A stretch of 64,000 nt of DNA. Source: Squalus acanthias (taxonomy: Eukaryota). The stretch covers positions 118,236,001 to 118,300,000 of the forward strand of contig CM059432.1 of NCBI GenBank assembly GCA_030390025.1. Reading direction: 5' to 3'. Below are positions 37,758 to 51,745 of this stretch, one piece after another. The first letter of the stretch is position 1; each line of letters starts with the position of its first letter. The translations under genes were made by a program, and so were the position numbers. Under the pieces are notes generated by a model. The model ran no database searches, was not told the DNA's origin, and saw only the letters and a list, made by a program, of their open reading frames with translations.

Positions 37758-38184
37758 CAAGTGGAGCATAAATGCCAGCATGGACTGGTTGGGCCGACTA
37801 GCCTGGTTCTGTGCTGTATATTCTATGTAATTCTATGTAAAATGGCACCTCCAACAATGCAGCTCTCCTTTACTATTACACTGAAGTGTCAGCCCAGATT
37901 ATGTTCTGAATTCCTCAGTACTCTTATTCTGTGATTTATGATCTCTCCCTACTTTGGTCATTGTGTAAGAACTAGCTGAGCAAATCCTGAAATAAAAAAA
38001 TGAAAATATGCTATTTTTCAAATTTGTTTTTATTCTACTTATTTATTCTAAAGTTGTTCAGCAACCCCATCTAACAATGGCTTACAATGTGACCCTTCGT
38101 CAGAACCTGAAACATTAACTCTGTTTCTCTCACCACAGATGCTGCCTGACCGACTGAGTATTTCCAGCACTTTCTATTAAACAG

Positions 38185-39182
38185 CTGTCAAACAGCTTGG
38201 CTAGAAGCAAGGCTAGAGGCACGGCTAGTTTTAGATCACAGGTCGTTAGCACTACAGCCATGATGTGTTTGGGGCCTGTAGCCTTTGCTGTGTCCAGTGC
38301 ACTCAGCCATTTCTTGAAGTTATGTGGGATTAATTAATTTGGCTGAAGACTGGCATCTGTGAGGAGGCCGAGAAGAATCATTCACTCGGCACTTCTGGCT
38401 TAAGATGATTGCAAATGCTTCAGCCTTGTCTTTTGCACTCATGTGATAGGCGCTGCCATCATTGAGGATGGGGAGGTTTGTGGAAATGTTCATGGAGCCT
38501 CTACCTCCCATTATTTTCATTATGACTGATACTGCTTCTACCATGTTCTTCTATGCCTCATTGAATCAGGGTTGGTCATCTCGCTTGATAGTGAGGGATG
38601 TGCTGGACCATGAGGTTACAGATTGTCATGGAATACAATTCTGCTGCTGCTGACGGCCCACAGAACCTCATGGATACTGAGTTTTGAGCTGCTAGAACTG
38701 CTCTTAATCTATCCCACTTAACACGCTGGTAGCACCCCACGACACGATGGAGGGTGTCCTTAGTGAGAAAATGGGTCTTGGTCTCTACGAGGACTATGTG
38801 GTGGTCACTCCTACCAATTTTGTCATGGACAGGTGCATCTGCGACAAATAGCTTGGTGAGGACAAGGTCACGTAGGATATTCCCTCGTGTTGGTTCTGCC
38901 ACTATCTGCCGCAAGCCCAGTCTGACAGCTATGGCCTTCAGGCAGCTCGGCCATTGGTTGTATTACTGAGCCACTCTTAGTAATGGATATTGAAGTCCCC
39001 CATCCAGAGTATGTTTTGAGCCCTTCCACCCTTAGTGCTTTTCAAGTGGTGTTCAACATGGAGGGGTATTGATTCATCAGTTGAAGGAGGGCAATAGGTA
39101 GCAATTAGCAGGAGGTACCCGTACCTATGTTTGACATGACGTCATGAGACTTCAGAAGGTCTGGAATCAATATTGAGGAGTC
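38185..39182 (-). mobile_element. Older, deleted fragment of the same LINE family
   Basis: EPTRG..DLVLT, GRSDHH, SAKDKAEAFA on the minus strand. Confidence 0.8.
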
Positions 39183-39184
39183 TG

Positions 39185-39817
39185 TAACATCACCTGCCTC
39201 AGCTTATCTACTGCTGAAATACTCATCCATGCATTTGTCACCTCTAGACTCAGCTACTCTATTGCACTCCTGGCTGGACTCCCATCATCGACAGTCCAAA
39301 ACTTTAGTTTATCCAAAACTTTTCTGCCTGCACCCTGCCTTGCACCAAGACTGGCTCACCTATTATCCCTGTCTTTGCTGACCTATATTGGCTCCCGGTC
39401 TTCTCAGTCTTCTAATTTAAAATTCTCATCCTTGTGTTTAAATTTCTTCATGGCCTCACCCCTCCCAATTTTTGTAACCTCCTCCAGCCCTATGATCCCC
39501 CCACCCCTAGAATTCTACATTACTTTGATCTAACCTCTTATACATTGCCCCTCCTGTGCTCCACCTCTGGCATCCTGCCTTCAGCTGTCTAGGCCCTCCA
39601 CTCTGGAAATCCCTCCCAGAACCTCTCTGCCTCTCCAGCTTCCTCTCCTCTTTAATACCCTCCTTAAAACCCAACTCTTTGGCCAAGCTTTTAGTTACAC
39701 CTTCTAATATCTTCTTTTGTGTCTTGGCGTCTGTTTATGCCTGATTAGACTTCTGTGAAGTGCCTTGGGACATTTTTGTATGTTAAAAGCACTATATAAA
39801 GTAAAGTTGTTGTTGTA
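39185..39817 (+). mobile_element. L2 LINE 3' fragment
   Basis: catgcatttgtcacctctagactc, ctctggaaatccctc, tail gcactatataaa...gttgttgttg. Confidence 0.8.
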
Positions 39818-41059
39818 GTCATAGTTTAAAAAAAAAAGTGCTGGTGATTATTGTTCAAACTATAAGATGTGAGATCATCACATGCCCTTTGACCATATGC
39901 TGACAAGTTGTCAGCCGGCCAGTTAATTGGCAACAGCATTCAGTAAGCGGATAGACTAAGGACCCAAGTAAGCTGTGTGTGCAAACATTTTATAATTGCC
40001 AATTATCTTTAAAAAGGAGGTTTCACAATCCCGACCCCTTTTAAATATCCACCAGTTATAAAGAATTATGATTAACTTCAAAATTCTCTTGTTATTCCCG
40101 TTCATATTAGTTTGTTTAAAAATATTTTCCTTTAAACAGTTGCTATTGATGATATAATTGGTGTTACTGGCTTGGAGAATGTGCTGACCCCAACAGTATG
40201 AAGAAGCCTTTTAATTTCAGTCGGCATAATCATTAACCCAGGGTGCTTCAGTAATTGTCCCATTCTAACTGTGCGCATTAATTCAGCCCCTTCACCGTGT
40301 CAGCTTCTCATACTCAGTTCCCCCAAGTATGTCACCAGTGATCATTGGTTAAAAAAAAAATGTAAAAAGAACCAGCCAAAATAGATGGGGAGAAACAGAA
40401 GTATGTCAGATAATCTTAACTCTTTGACAGTGTTGGCATTTAGAAGTTCCTGAAACGTCATTGTTATATTTCTGGCCAAATTGAAATTCTAAGTATTTTA
40501 TTTTGTAAGTTTAGGTTTTTCAATGGAAAACAGGTTCGGGTTGTCAGCTCAATAGAAAGCACAAGCTAATCGTTTTAACTTACATCGCCTAGGAAACAGC
40601 AGATTTGTTTTTTTTGCTATAAATTGCAGCTCTAACTCACCAAATATTAAATTGACCCCATTCCTGGTGCGGTCAGATTTAAATGGTCTCTTTTGATGGC
40701 TTTACTGATGCATGTTTTCTAATGTACCGAGTGGGAAGATAGGGCATCTCGAATGTGCCTTCTTAAATGTTATTCTCTATGACTGAAAATGAAGCACATT
40801 GGCTGATTGGACTGGTGCCTGAATGTAGCCCATTTGGGTTTGGCCAAATTCTACCAGTTATTCCAGAATGTACGCTTAAAAGATACATCGGTACAGGCAG
40901 AAAATATTCCTTTGTTTGCTACTTGAAGCAGAATCATAAATGTGTTTGTCAAAAAAATGAGCGTTTGATTATGCTACAAATGTTGAACAAATCTTCCTCC
41001 ACGGTTTGGAATATGGAATGTAGCATTTAGTTTAATTGGATCCTCACACAGTTACTTTA

Positions 41060-41727
41060 GGATCAATTTTAACTTGGGATGGAAATCGGGGGCAAGAGTG
41101 GGGGGCGAAGCGGGGAATGAACTGTCGAGTCCCCCGGAGTGTGAAGCCCGGGAGGTCTTAACACCCGAGCATCATTTGCATGTCCCTATTCTGACCCCCA
41201 AAGCTAGTGTGTTTGATGTCACCGCAGGGGGGTGGGAGTCAAAATTGGTGGAGGAGGTTAGGCTGCTGTCAGGGTCCCGGGGAAACCGGGAAGGTGAGTT
41301 GAGATTGGGGGGTTCAGCAGGTCTGTGAGCAGGGAGGGGGAGTGGGCAAGCCGGGGTGGGTGGGGGTGGGGGGGGGGGGGGGGTGGGGGAGGTGGTGGGG
41401 AGGTGGGTAGGCGAGGCCCAAGGTAACAAATTAAAATGGACTTTGCTGGGCTTGGGTCTTTGCAGCCGGCAGCTGGCGAGTCAGAAACCGTGTGGGCCAC
41501 ATTCGGGGTCACAGTTAAAATGGCATGTGCGGCCCGATGACGTCATCAGAACTCGACACTGGCAATTGTCGCTGTCTTTGGGACGGGCGGACTTCCTGTG
41601 CCTGAAGGCAGGTAATTAAAAATGATGTGCCGGGGGGTGGGGTGGCAGCAACACATCAGGGACATGCTGCCATCTTACCCGCCCACTTGCACTGTCCCTA
41701 CCAGGCAGGTGGGGTTAAAATTGGCCC
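41060..41727. mobile_element. Harbinger-type MITE with internal G-rich tract
   Basis: ggatcaattttaac ... gttaaaattggccc. Confidence 0.7.
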
Positions 41728-41866
41728 TTTTATCCCTTTTATTTGAATTTTGAATGTAAAACAGTTAAAATGAGAGAAGTTAATTGATAGTCTATTAATA
41801 CATTCATAGCGCATACTTTGTGCTGCTATGAAACAGTTATGGTTTCACATTGATACAAAGTATGTA

Positions 41867-42198
41867 CAGGAAACTTTCGTTTATCCGGCACCGACGGGAC
41901 CGGCGTGGTGCCGGTTGATCGAAAGTGCCGGATTACAGAGAGGTATACTTACCAAGGTACGAGAGCCCCGTACACGGCCACAGGCTGAACAATTGGGACC
42001 CGGAGAGGGAAGGTAAACGAGACTCCGGCTTTTTCCTCCGTGGCGGCGACAGGTCGGAGTCGGAAGAACGTTGACCCCCCTTTCGTGGGGGCGAAAGGTC
42101 AGAATCGGGGTCTTGTCTGGATAATAAAACTTACCTGATTTTTGCCGGTTAAGCGAGAATTCCGGATATTAGGGTGCCGGATAAACGAAAGTTTCCTG
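41867..42198. mobile_element. Tc1/mariner (pogo/Tigger-like) MITE
   Basis: Perfect 26-bp TIR caggaaactttcgtttatccggcacc, TA TSD on both sides. Confidence 0.92.
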
Positions 42199-42749
42199 TA
42201 GTAGTGCACTCATAGTTGAAGTTACCGAATTGAGGATCCTTTTAACAAGCGGTGTGAAATTGCTGGAAGAAGGCAGTCGGAAACTATTTTGATTTTGCAG
42301 TACCTGCAAGATAACTGTAGCCAGTGCAAAGTGAACTGTACAAAGTTCCAAGATGATCAACTTTTTAAATGTCATTTTTATCTTTAATATGTTAACAAAG
42401 AGCTGATTGTCTTTTTGACTTTTCACTAGCTTTAATAGTTAATTTACATTTCACTGCAGTAAGTTCTGCTTTTACTGATCAGAGAGCAACATGGGACCAG
42501 CACTATAACGGGAGTTGGTCACATCCCTCTAAGCGTGTATCAGCATCAAACTCATACCTGAACTATACCTGGACGCTGAGGGAAATGATCTGCCCCCTTC
42601 TCCTATCCACTCATTCTTGGGCAGCAACAACAGGCAGGGCCTGGGAGAAGTGGTGAAGGTTGGCAAGAACAGTCAAACACACACTGAAAGATCAAACAAT
42701 AACTAAAGTAACATCATCCACCATTGATCTGCGCAAGAGTTTAAACAGA

Positions 42750-43700
42750 GGGGTGAATTTCCTCGCCGCCTTCGCGATATTAGGTATTCAAATAGCACAG
42801 TAATTTTTTTTCTGGCAGAAAAATTGGTTGGAAGTCATGATAGCGCTCCTGTGAAACTCCTTGGGACATTTCACTACGTGAAAGGCGATATAATAATGCC
42901 TGTTGTTGTTGTTGTAGTCGTGCTTCTTCTCAGTACAGCTGAGAGCTAGGATGATCGGAGGTGGTTGGCGCCTCATGCTCACGAAAGGGTCATGGGACTG
43001 AGGTGGCCCTCGTCTCACGGCAGCTTGCTCCTGGCAGGGAGACGCTGCTGGCTGCATCTCTGGTATTGCCTGAGATGTTCCACTGGTGCTGTGAGGAGGA
43101 AGGCCTAGCATGTGATATTGTCCTGAGAGACGGCAGGATCAGGCTTTACTCTCCAGCCTTTGCCATTCCACTGTGGCCTGGAGCTGTGGCCCGCAATGAT
43201 CAGTGGCATGACTGGTGACAGCCCCGAGAGACAGCAGCGGGCACCACGGTTGCCATTGTCGCGGTTGCCATTGTCCGGCAGCCGTTATGCAGGCTGCTCT
43301 CTATTCTCTTCCCATTGCCACTAGATCTGCCGGCTGTGCTTCCATGCAGATGGAGACACTGACTTGTCCCTGGCCGCTTCTTAGCTAGGGATCTGTTGCT
43401 TATTCCATTGAAGCCGCTGTTTGCTCCATTCCACTGCTCTGCAGTCCTGGGGTGAGAGAGTTGGCACTCAGTGCCAACACTGCCTCCCTCCAGGAGCCAC
43501 GAGCGATATATTTAGCTGGCTTGCTGTCACAGACGTCTGGGAGTCTGTGCTTCCTGACTTCAGGTTTCTCCAGGAGGGCTTGTAGGTCTGACTCGGTACA
43601 GTTCTGTGCGCTTCTCCTCCTGCTTAGTGCCGTGCCTGGCTGCTTGGTGAAGGGGTTCCTGCTGTAGACATAATTGTTGCAAAGTATGATGTAAAGATTG
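42750..43700 (-). mobile_element. Decayed Harbinger ORF2 (Myb/SANT-like) remnant
   Basis: RRRSAQNCTESDLQALLE...WREA resembles the Myb exons at 54284-54740 and 57786-57952; TIR-like ggggtgaatttcc at 42750; an L2 tail lies within. Confidence 0.5.
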
Positions 43701-43760
43701 ATGAGACATGCCATAGAATCATAGAAATTTATGGCACAGAAGGAGGCAATTCGACCTATT

Positions 43761-44255
43761 AGCTGCGATTTCGCCTACCGAGGTGGGTCCGGTGCGGCCG
43801 GGGTCGGTGGCGGGGTGTGACCCCACTGCTGGCTCCAGCCCGCTCTGTGAAATGAATTTTACACTGATTGGGCTTGTTAAGCCCGCCCAGCGTGTTTGCC
43901 GGCCAATTGAAGGAAGTGGGTCTGATGAAGTCACTTGATGACGCGTCATCAGCCGGTTTCCTTAAAGGGACCATGCGCAAATTGATTTTGACAGTTCTGC
44001 TGTTAGTGTTCTACAGCATTGAGGAGTTGCAAACACTGACAAGCACTACAGAGGAGCCACGCCTGCACCCAGGCTCTCCCATGACTCCCTCCATAACACA
44101 GCACGCAGGGAGGTCCTCTTCTCTTCCCGTGGGCGGAAGAGACCTCCCCAGGAGATCAACGCAGCCTGGTTGCACTTTGCACAGGAGGACACAAGCAGGG
44201 ATGTTATTAGGAGGACCAGGCTGCAGTCGTGCAAGCCTTTCAATGATCTCAGTAG
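43761..44255 (+). mobile_element. Harbinger terminal arm with Myb exon remnant
   Basis: Reverse-complement homolog of 54520-55017. Confidence 0.75.
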
Positions 44256-44256
44256 A

Positions 44257-46575
44257 TCATAAAAAGTTTTCCTCAACTCCCCTCTAATCTTTCTACCAAT
44301 TACTTTAAATCTATGCCCCCTGGTTACTGATTTCTCTGCTAAGGGAAATAGATCCTTCCTATCCACTCTATCTAGGTCCCTCATAATTTTATAAACCTCA
44401 ATCAAGTCTCCCCTCAGCCTCCTCTGTTCCAATGAAAACAACCCCAGCCTATCCAATCTTTCCTCATAGCTAAAATTCTACATTCCTGGCAACATCCTCG
44501 TAAATCTCCTCTGTACCCTCTCCAGTGCAATCACATCTTTCCTGTAATGTGGTGACCAGAACTGTACACACTACTCTAGCTGTGGCCTAACTAGTGTTTT
44601 ATACTTCTTCAAGCATAACTTCCCTGCTCTTATATTCTATTGAGAGGTCGCACAACACCAGGTTATAGTCCAACAGTTTTATTTGAAATCACAAGCTCTC
44701 AATTTTGTCCACCCCAGTCCAACACCGGCATCTCCGCATCATGACTTATATTCTATGCCTCGGCTAATAAAGGAAAGTATCCATTATGCCTTCTTAACCA
44801 CCTTAGCTACCTGTCCTGTTATCTTCAGGGTTCTGTGGACATGCACTCCAAGGTGCCTCTGTTCCTCTACACTTCTCAGTATCCACCATTTATTGTGTCT
44901 TTCCTTGCCTTGTTAGCTCTCCCTAAATGCATTACCTCACACTTCTCCGGATTGAATTCTGTTTGCCACTTTTCTGCCCACCTGACCAGTTCATTGATAT
45001 CTTCCTGCAGTCTGCAGCTTTCTTCCTCATTATCAACTACGTGGCAAACTTCTTAATCATGCCTTCTCAGTTGAAGTCTAAACCATTGATGTATACCACA
45101 AAAAGCAAGGGACCTAGTACTGAGCACTGCGGAACCCCACTGGAAACAGCTTTCCAGTCACAAAAACATTCGTCGACCGTTGCCCTTTGCTTCCTGCCAC
45201 TGAGCCAATTTTGGATCCAACTTGCCATTTTCCTTGGATCCCATGGGCTTTTACTTTTCTGACCAGTCTGTCATGTGGGACCTTGTCGAAAGTCTTGCTA
45301 AAATCCATGTAGACTACATCAAATGCACTATTCTCATAGACCCTCCTTGTTACCTCCTCAAAAAATTCAATCAATTCAGTCAGACACGACCTTCCCTTAA
45401 CAAATCCGTGCTGACTGTCCTTGATTAATCCAAATCTTGCTAAATGACAATTAATATTGTCCCTCAGAATTTTTTCTAATAATTTGCCAACCACCGAGGT
45501 TAGGCTGACTGGCCTGTAATTACTCGGTCTATCCCTTTCTCCCTTTTTAAACAACGGTACAATGTTAGCAGTCCTCCAGTCCTCCGGCACCATGCCTGTA
45601 GCTACAGAGGATTGGAAAATGATGGTCAGAGCCTCCGCTATTTCCTCCCTTGCTTCTCTTAACAACCTGGGATTCATTTCATCCAGGCCTGGAGATTTAT
45701 CTACTTTCAAAGATGTTAAACCCCTTAATCCTTCCTCTTTCACTATGTTTATCTCATCTAATATTTCACACTCCTCCTCCTCAACGACAATGACTGCATC
45801 ATCCCTCTCTTTTGTGAAGACAGACGCAAAGTATTCATGAAGAACCAAACCCACATCTTCCCGCACAAGCTTCCTTTTGGGTCTCTAATAGGTCCTACTC
45901 TTTCTTCAGTTATCCTCTTGCTCTTTATGTATTTATAAAACATCTTTGGGTTTCCCTTGATTTTAATTGCCAATAATTTTTCATGCCCTCTCTTTTCTTT
46001 CCTAATTTCTTTTTTAATTTCACTGCTGAACTTTCCATACTCCTCTAGGCTTTCTGCAATATTTAGCTCTCTGTATCTGACATAAGCTTCCCTTTTTTGC
46101 CTTATCCTACCCTGTATGCCCCTTGACATCCAGGGGCCTCGAGATTTGTTAGTCCCACCCTTTTTCTTTGTGGAAACATATTTGCTCTGAACCCTTACTA
46201 TCTCCTCCTTGAATGCCTCCCACTGCTCTGACGCTGATTTACCTTCAAGTAACTGGCTCCAGTCCACTTTTGCTAAATTATATATCAACTTAGTAAAATT
46301 GGCCTTTCCCCAGTCAAGAAATTTTACTCCTGATCTATCTTTGTCCTTTTCCATAACTATACTAAATCTAACTGAATTATGATCACTATCACCAATATGC
46401 TCTCTCACTGATACCCCTTCCACCTGCCCAGCTTCATTCCTTAAAACTAAGTGCAGAACCACCCCGTCTCTTGTAGGGCTTGCTACGTGCTGGCTAAAAA
46501 AGTTCTCCTGAATGGATTTTAAGAATTATGCGCCCTCTATAACTTTTACACTGATTCTATCCCGGTTAATGAAGT
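44257..46575 (-). mobile_element. CR1 LINE, ~2.3 kb, APE C-terminus to RT with deletions
   Basis: GDSDHNS, PWMS, DKSPG, NYRPVSLTS, QHGF, YMDFSKTFDKVPH. Confidence 0.93.
44641..44744. mobile_element. 104-bp Penelope mini-insertion (only the two termini)
   Basis: Nearly identical to 2608-2664 joined to 5521-5565; 12-bp TSD cttatattctat. Confidence 0.9.
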
Positions 46576-46785
46576 CATTTCAGCCATGCAGTTGTTTTAG
46601 AGTCAAGTTGTTGTCAAGTTGTTGTCCCTCAGTCTGATGCTGAAGTGTGCAGGCTGAACTGTCTTTTTAAAGGCTTCACTCCAGTTACCATTCACTCCTG
46701 CTAATTACACCCATTTTCATGAGTTTTTTGTCAATGGCTGTTCCAATGGGTATCCAATTGAGTTAAACCAGGAAACTCTTGTGTA

Positions 46786-47560
46786 ACAAGTGCCAGGCAA
46801 TGACTATCTCCAACAAGCAAGAGTCTAACCACCACCACTTGACATTCAATGGCATTACCATCGCTGAATCCCCCCCCAATCATCATCCTGGGGGTTACCA
46901 TTGACCAGAAACTTAACTGGACCAGCCACATAAATACTGTGGCAACAAGAGCAGGTCATAGGCTGGGTATTCTGCGGCGAGTGTCAAACCTCCTGACTCC
47001 CCAAAGCCTTTCCACCATCTACAAGGCACAAGTAAGGAGTGTGATGGAACACTCTCCACTTGACTGGATGAGTGCAGCTCCAACAACACTGAAGAAGCTC
47101 GATACCATCCAGGACAAAGCAGCCCACTTGATTGGCACCACATCCACCACCTTAAACATTCACTCCCTCCACCACCGGCGCACCGTGGCTGCAGTGTGTA
47201 CCATCTACAAGATGCACTGCAGCAACTCATCAAGGCTTCTTCGGCAGCACCTCCCAAACCAGTGACCTCTACCACCTAGAAGGACAAGAGCAGCAGGCTC
47301 ATGGGAACACCACCACCTCCAAGTTCCCCTCCAAGTCACACACCATCCTGACTTGGAAGTATATTGCCATTCCTTCATCATCGCTGGGTCAAAATCCTGG
47401 AACTCCCTCCCTAACAGCACTGTGGGAGTACCTTCACCACACAGACTTCAGCGGTTCAAGTAGGCGGCTCACCACCACCTTCTCAAGGTCAATTAGGGAT
47501 GGGCATTAAATGCTGGCCTTGCCAGCGACGCCCACATCCCATGAACGAATTTAAAAAACT
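46786..47560 (+). mobile_element. 5'-truncated copy of the tRNA-headed LINE family
   Basis: Colinear with 30275-31035, same 3' tail. Confidence 0.92.
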
Positions 47561-47689
47561 ACCTCTCGCCGCCACTAGTGGGCACAAATCTTTTTTCATT
47601 GGTGTAACAGCAGTGCATGTCACCATAAGGAAATCCACCCACAGTCGCATTGCATTCAATGCTATAGATGTACAAGGATCTGCAGAGGA

Positions 47690-49535
47690 CATAAGAACAT
47701 AAGAAATAGGAGCAGGTGTAGGCCATTCGGATTTTTGAGCCTGCTCCACCATTCAATGAGATCATGGCTGATCTTCTGCCTCAACTCCATTCACCGGCCC
47801 TATCGCCATATCCCTTGATGCCTTTACTAGTCAGAAATCTATCGACTTCTGTTTTGAGTATACCCAATGACTGAGCCTCCACAGCCCTCTGGGATAGAGA
47901 ATTCCAAAAATTCACCACCCTTTGTGTGAAGAAATTTCTTCTCATCTCAGTCCTGAATGGCCTACCCTTTATCCTAAGGCTGTGGCCCCTGGTTCTAGAC
48001 TCCCCAGCTAAGGAAAACATTCTCCCAGCATCCACCCTATCAAGCCCTGTAATACATTTGTGTGCTTCAATGAGATCCCCTCTCATTCTTCTGAATTCAA
48101 GAGAATACAGGCCTAGTTTACTCAATCTCTTTTCATACGACAGTCCCACCATCCCAGGAATCAATCTCGTGAACCTTCGTTGCACTCCCTCTATGGCAAG
48201 TATATCCTTCCTTAGGTAAGGAGACCAAAATTGTACACAGTACTCCAGGTGTGGTCTCACCAAGGCCCTATATAATTGGAATAAGACTTCTTTACTCCTG
48301 TACTCAAATCCTCTTGTAATGAAGGCCAGCATACCATTTACCTTCCTAATGGCTTGCTGCACCTGCACATTCACTTTCAGTGACTCATGTACAAGGACAC
48401 CCAGGTCCCTTTGAGCATCTGCATTCCCCAATCTTTCACCATTTAGGAAATACTCAGCCTTTCTGTTTTTTTCTACCAAAGTAGATAACTTCACATTTAT
48501 CCACATTATATTCCACCTGCCATGTTCTCATCCACTCACTGAGCTGTCGAGATCCCCTTGAAGCCTCTTCACATCCTCTTCACAACTGACACTGACACCT
48601 AGCTTTGTATCATCAGCAAATTTGGAAATGTTACATTTAGTCCCCTCATCCAAATCATTGATATAGATTGTGAATAGCTGGGGCCCAAGCACCGATCCTT
48701 GCGGCACCCCACTAGTCACAGCCTGCCAGCCTGAAAAAGACCCGTTTATCCCTACTCTTTGTTTTCTGTCTGTTAACCAATTCTCAGTCCATGCTAGTAT
48801 ATTACCCCCAATTCCATGTGCCCTAATTTTGTTCACCAACCTCTTGTGTGGGACCTTATCGAAGGCCTTCTGAAAATCCAGATACACCACATCTACCGGT
48901 TCCCCTTTTGTCTACTCCACTAGTTACATCCTCAAAGAACTCCAATAGGTTTGTCAAACAGGACTTCCCTTTCATAAATCCATGTTGACTCTGCCCAATC
49001 TTACTATTAGTTTCTAAGTGCCCAGTTATTGCATCCTTTATAATAGATTCCAGCATTTTCCCAACTACTGATGAGAGGCTAACAGGTCTGTCGTGCCCCG
49101 TTTTCTCTCTCCCTCCTTTCTTAAATAGCGGGGTTACATTTGCTATCCTCCAATCTGCAGGAACCGTTCCAGAATCTATAGAATTTTGGAAGATGACAAT
49201 ATCCACTATCCCAATGGCCACCTCTTTCAAAACCCTAGGATGTCGGTCATCCGGTCCATGGGATTTATCGACTTTTTGTCCCATTAATTTTGCTATTACT
49301 GTTTTTTACTAATAATAATTTCTTTAGGTTCCTCATTCTCGCCACACCCTTGGTTTTCTCGTATTTCTGGGAGGTTTTTTGTGTCTTCCTCCGTGAATAC
49401 AGAAACAAAGTAATTATTTAATTTCTCTGCCATTTCCTCATTCCCTGTTATAAATTCTCCCGTCTCTGACTGTAAAGGACCGACATTTACCTTCGCCAGT
49501 CTTTTCCTTTTCACATACCTATAGAAGCTTTTACC
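47690..49535 (-). mobile_element. HER1-type CR1, ~1.85 kb RT region
   Basis: [38 protein letters not shown]; (cataagaa)n tail. Confidence 0.95.
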
Positions 49536-49671
49536 ACCCAACTGAACAAATTATGAAATGGACCAATGGTGGGAACATGTGTCAAAGTAAATGCCTACCA
49601 TTCCTTGAACCTATCCCCATACCAAACGTCTTCTTGAGTGAATCGCCCAACAGAACGGTAAAAAGACTTCA

Positions 49672-49820
49672 GGGGTTAATGTTAACCGAACTTATTGGGC
49701 GGGAAACCCAGTGGATTGGGTGGAACTGCGATGGAGAGTAAAATCAGGCAGGGCGTAAAACCGGCATTCCACCTGATCCTGTGAGTTTCCCGTCCAGTGA
49801 GTTGCGTTAAAATTGCCACC
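49672..49820. mobile_element. Small Harbinger-type MITE
   Basis: ggggttaatgttaac ... gttaaaattgccacc imperfect TIR. Confidence 0.45.
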
Positions 49821-50399
49821 TTTGTTTCTGGCTGTAATGTAAGACTGCGTAAGAAAGGAAGACTACACTCACCAGTGAGTATATAGGCCCAAAATTAGAG
49901 CTCAGAGTGATCCAGATGAACAAATCTTGCACGGCTTATTGTCTAATCAAACGTGCATTTAATTATGCAAGTAATTAAAGGGGGCTCTGTTATTTTATGG
50001 CCAGATACCCCTCTCCCTGGTATCTGTGAAACTTTCTGATGCACATCCTTTTTATTGCATAAAGTGCTCTGAGATTCCAATGGGAGTTAATCTCGCTTCA
50101 GCCAATTCTTCACATGCAAAGGCACATTTCAACTTATAACTTCTTGAATTGAAAAAGCAAGTCAGTACAGCTGTTTTTTTTACTGAACCCTGAGCAGCAA
50201 TCATAAGGCAAACAAAAGTTCTGTGCTGTCGCTGACTTTCTCAAATATCAAGTGACTCTACACATGTACCAATCTAAGCACTTTTAGAAAGTGAAGAGTC
50301 TGTCAGAGTTGAAAATGGTTTCATTCTTTGAATATCAATTGCGTGTGAGACTATAAATGAAACCACTGATTTGACATTTTATTATTCAGAAGTGCACCA

Positions 50400-51246
50400 G
50401 GGGCTGAATTTTGATGCCTCCCGCCCGGCAGCAACAGGGAGGTGGCGCCCCGAAAATCGCCGGGAAGGTTCCCGCTGTGGCTATCGTCGTGGCGATCCTT
50501 CCTGGGCCTACCACTGGGTAGCTGGAGCGCCCCCTCTCCCCCCCACCCCGGAGTCAAACGGTAGGCCATGTTAGATTGCAAATTAGGGTCGATGACCTGC
50601 ACAGGACCCCACTATCCATTTTAGGAGAGCACTGGGTTGAGAGTGCACCTTGCACACTCCTTTCATTATCAGCTGGTGGTCCAACCAAAGAGGACCCCAC
50701 AGGTGAATATGTTTATGTTTGTGGGGCCAGGAGGAGCGAACCCGCCTCCTCCACCATCCGCCTTGGCTCCCCTCCCCCATTCCCAGCCCCCATTCCCTAC
50801 CTGCAGCTGCTGCCCGCGTCCCAGCCAGACAACATTCCCACGGCCCAAAACCGGCGAGCTGCCTCGGGTCGCCGGTTGGATTCAAATGAGGCCAGGGCCT
50901 CAAAATCGCTGTGGCCTCTCTTCTACCAGAACGGCCAGTCAGCCGGCATGCTCTGCTGGTTGGCTGCCCAAAAGGCACAATCAACATCAAATTACTTAGA
51001 ATTTACAGCACAGAAACAGCCCATTCGGCCCAACAGGTTTATGCCGGCGTTTATGTGTCACACGAGCCTCCTCCCACCTTGCCTTATCAAATCCTATCAT
51101 CATATCCTTCTATTCCTTTCATCCTCATGTACTTTCTACCTTCTCCTTAAATGCATCTATGCTGTTCGCCTCAACCACGCCCTGTGGTAGCGAGTTCCAC
51201 ATTCTCACCACCCTCTGGGTAAAGAAGAGAATGTGGAATCCACCCC
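50400..51246. mobile_element. Harbinger-type MITE containing a CR1 3' fragment (~50995-51226, minus strand)
   Basis: ggggctgaatttt start, ggaatccacccc end; CR1 tail acagcacagaaacagcccattcggccc. Confidence 0.55.
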
Positions 51247-51745
51247 TATGATTCCTATGTATTAACTAATTCTGCTCTAGTTGAAGTATTTTGAGACAGA
51301 TCAGGAAGCACAAAAGAAGTATTCATTTTATTGCAGACATATATTGCAGAACCATCATTTTCTTTTTAAAGTGCTGTGGCTTAACACTTATTCTTTTGTG
51401 TTTTCTCTGTTTGATAGTAGTTATGGCCTAAACATGTGGCTTCGATTTTAGATTCACAGGCTCTCACAAAAGAAAATCAGTCCGTTTGGTCTCCGATTCA
51501 GAAACCCTTCAAGCGTGTCGAGTTGCTGTTTGGGTGCCGAGACTGCTCTGAGGTGCACTATAATAAGCGAAGCAGCAGGGCAAATGATGTAGCCTGTTCT
51601 GTGATGGTGCATCGGACTGATGTGCTCTTCATGGAGAACAATGATGAGGCCAGAGGAAAATTTTCAGCCTAATATAAATCAATCTTCTTTTGAATCCAGA
51701 AACTTATGCTTATACTTAAAGATAAAGGCATATTGACACACTATA

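Noticed and set aside
41330..41410. Proline-rich ORFs or functional G-quadruplex
   Set aside because: Low-complexity poly-G tract inside a MITE.
42555..42690. Minus-strand exon with plausible acceptor and donor
   Set aside because: No recognisable protein in any frame and no partner exons.
51436..51672. 78-codon ORF in non-repetitive-looking sequence
   Set aside because: GTG start, no recognisable domain, length expected by chance.
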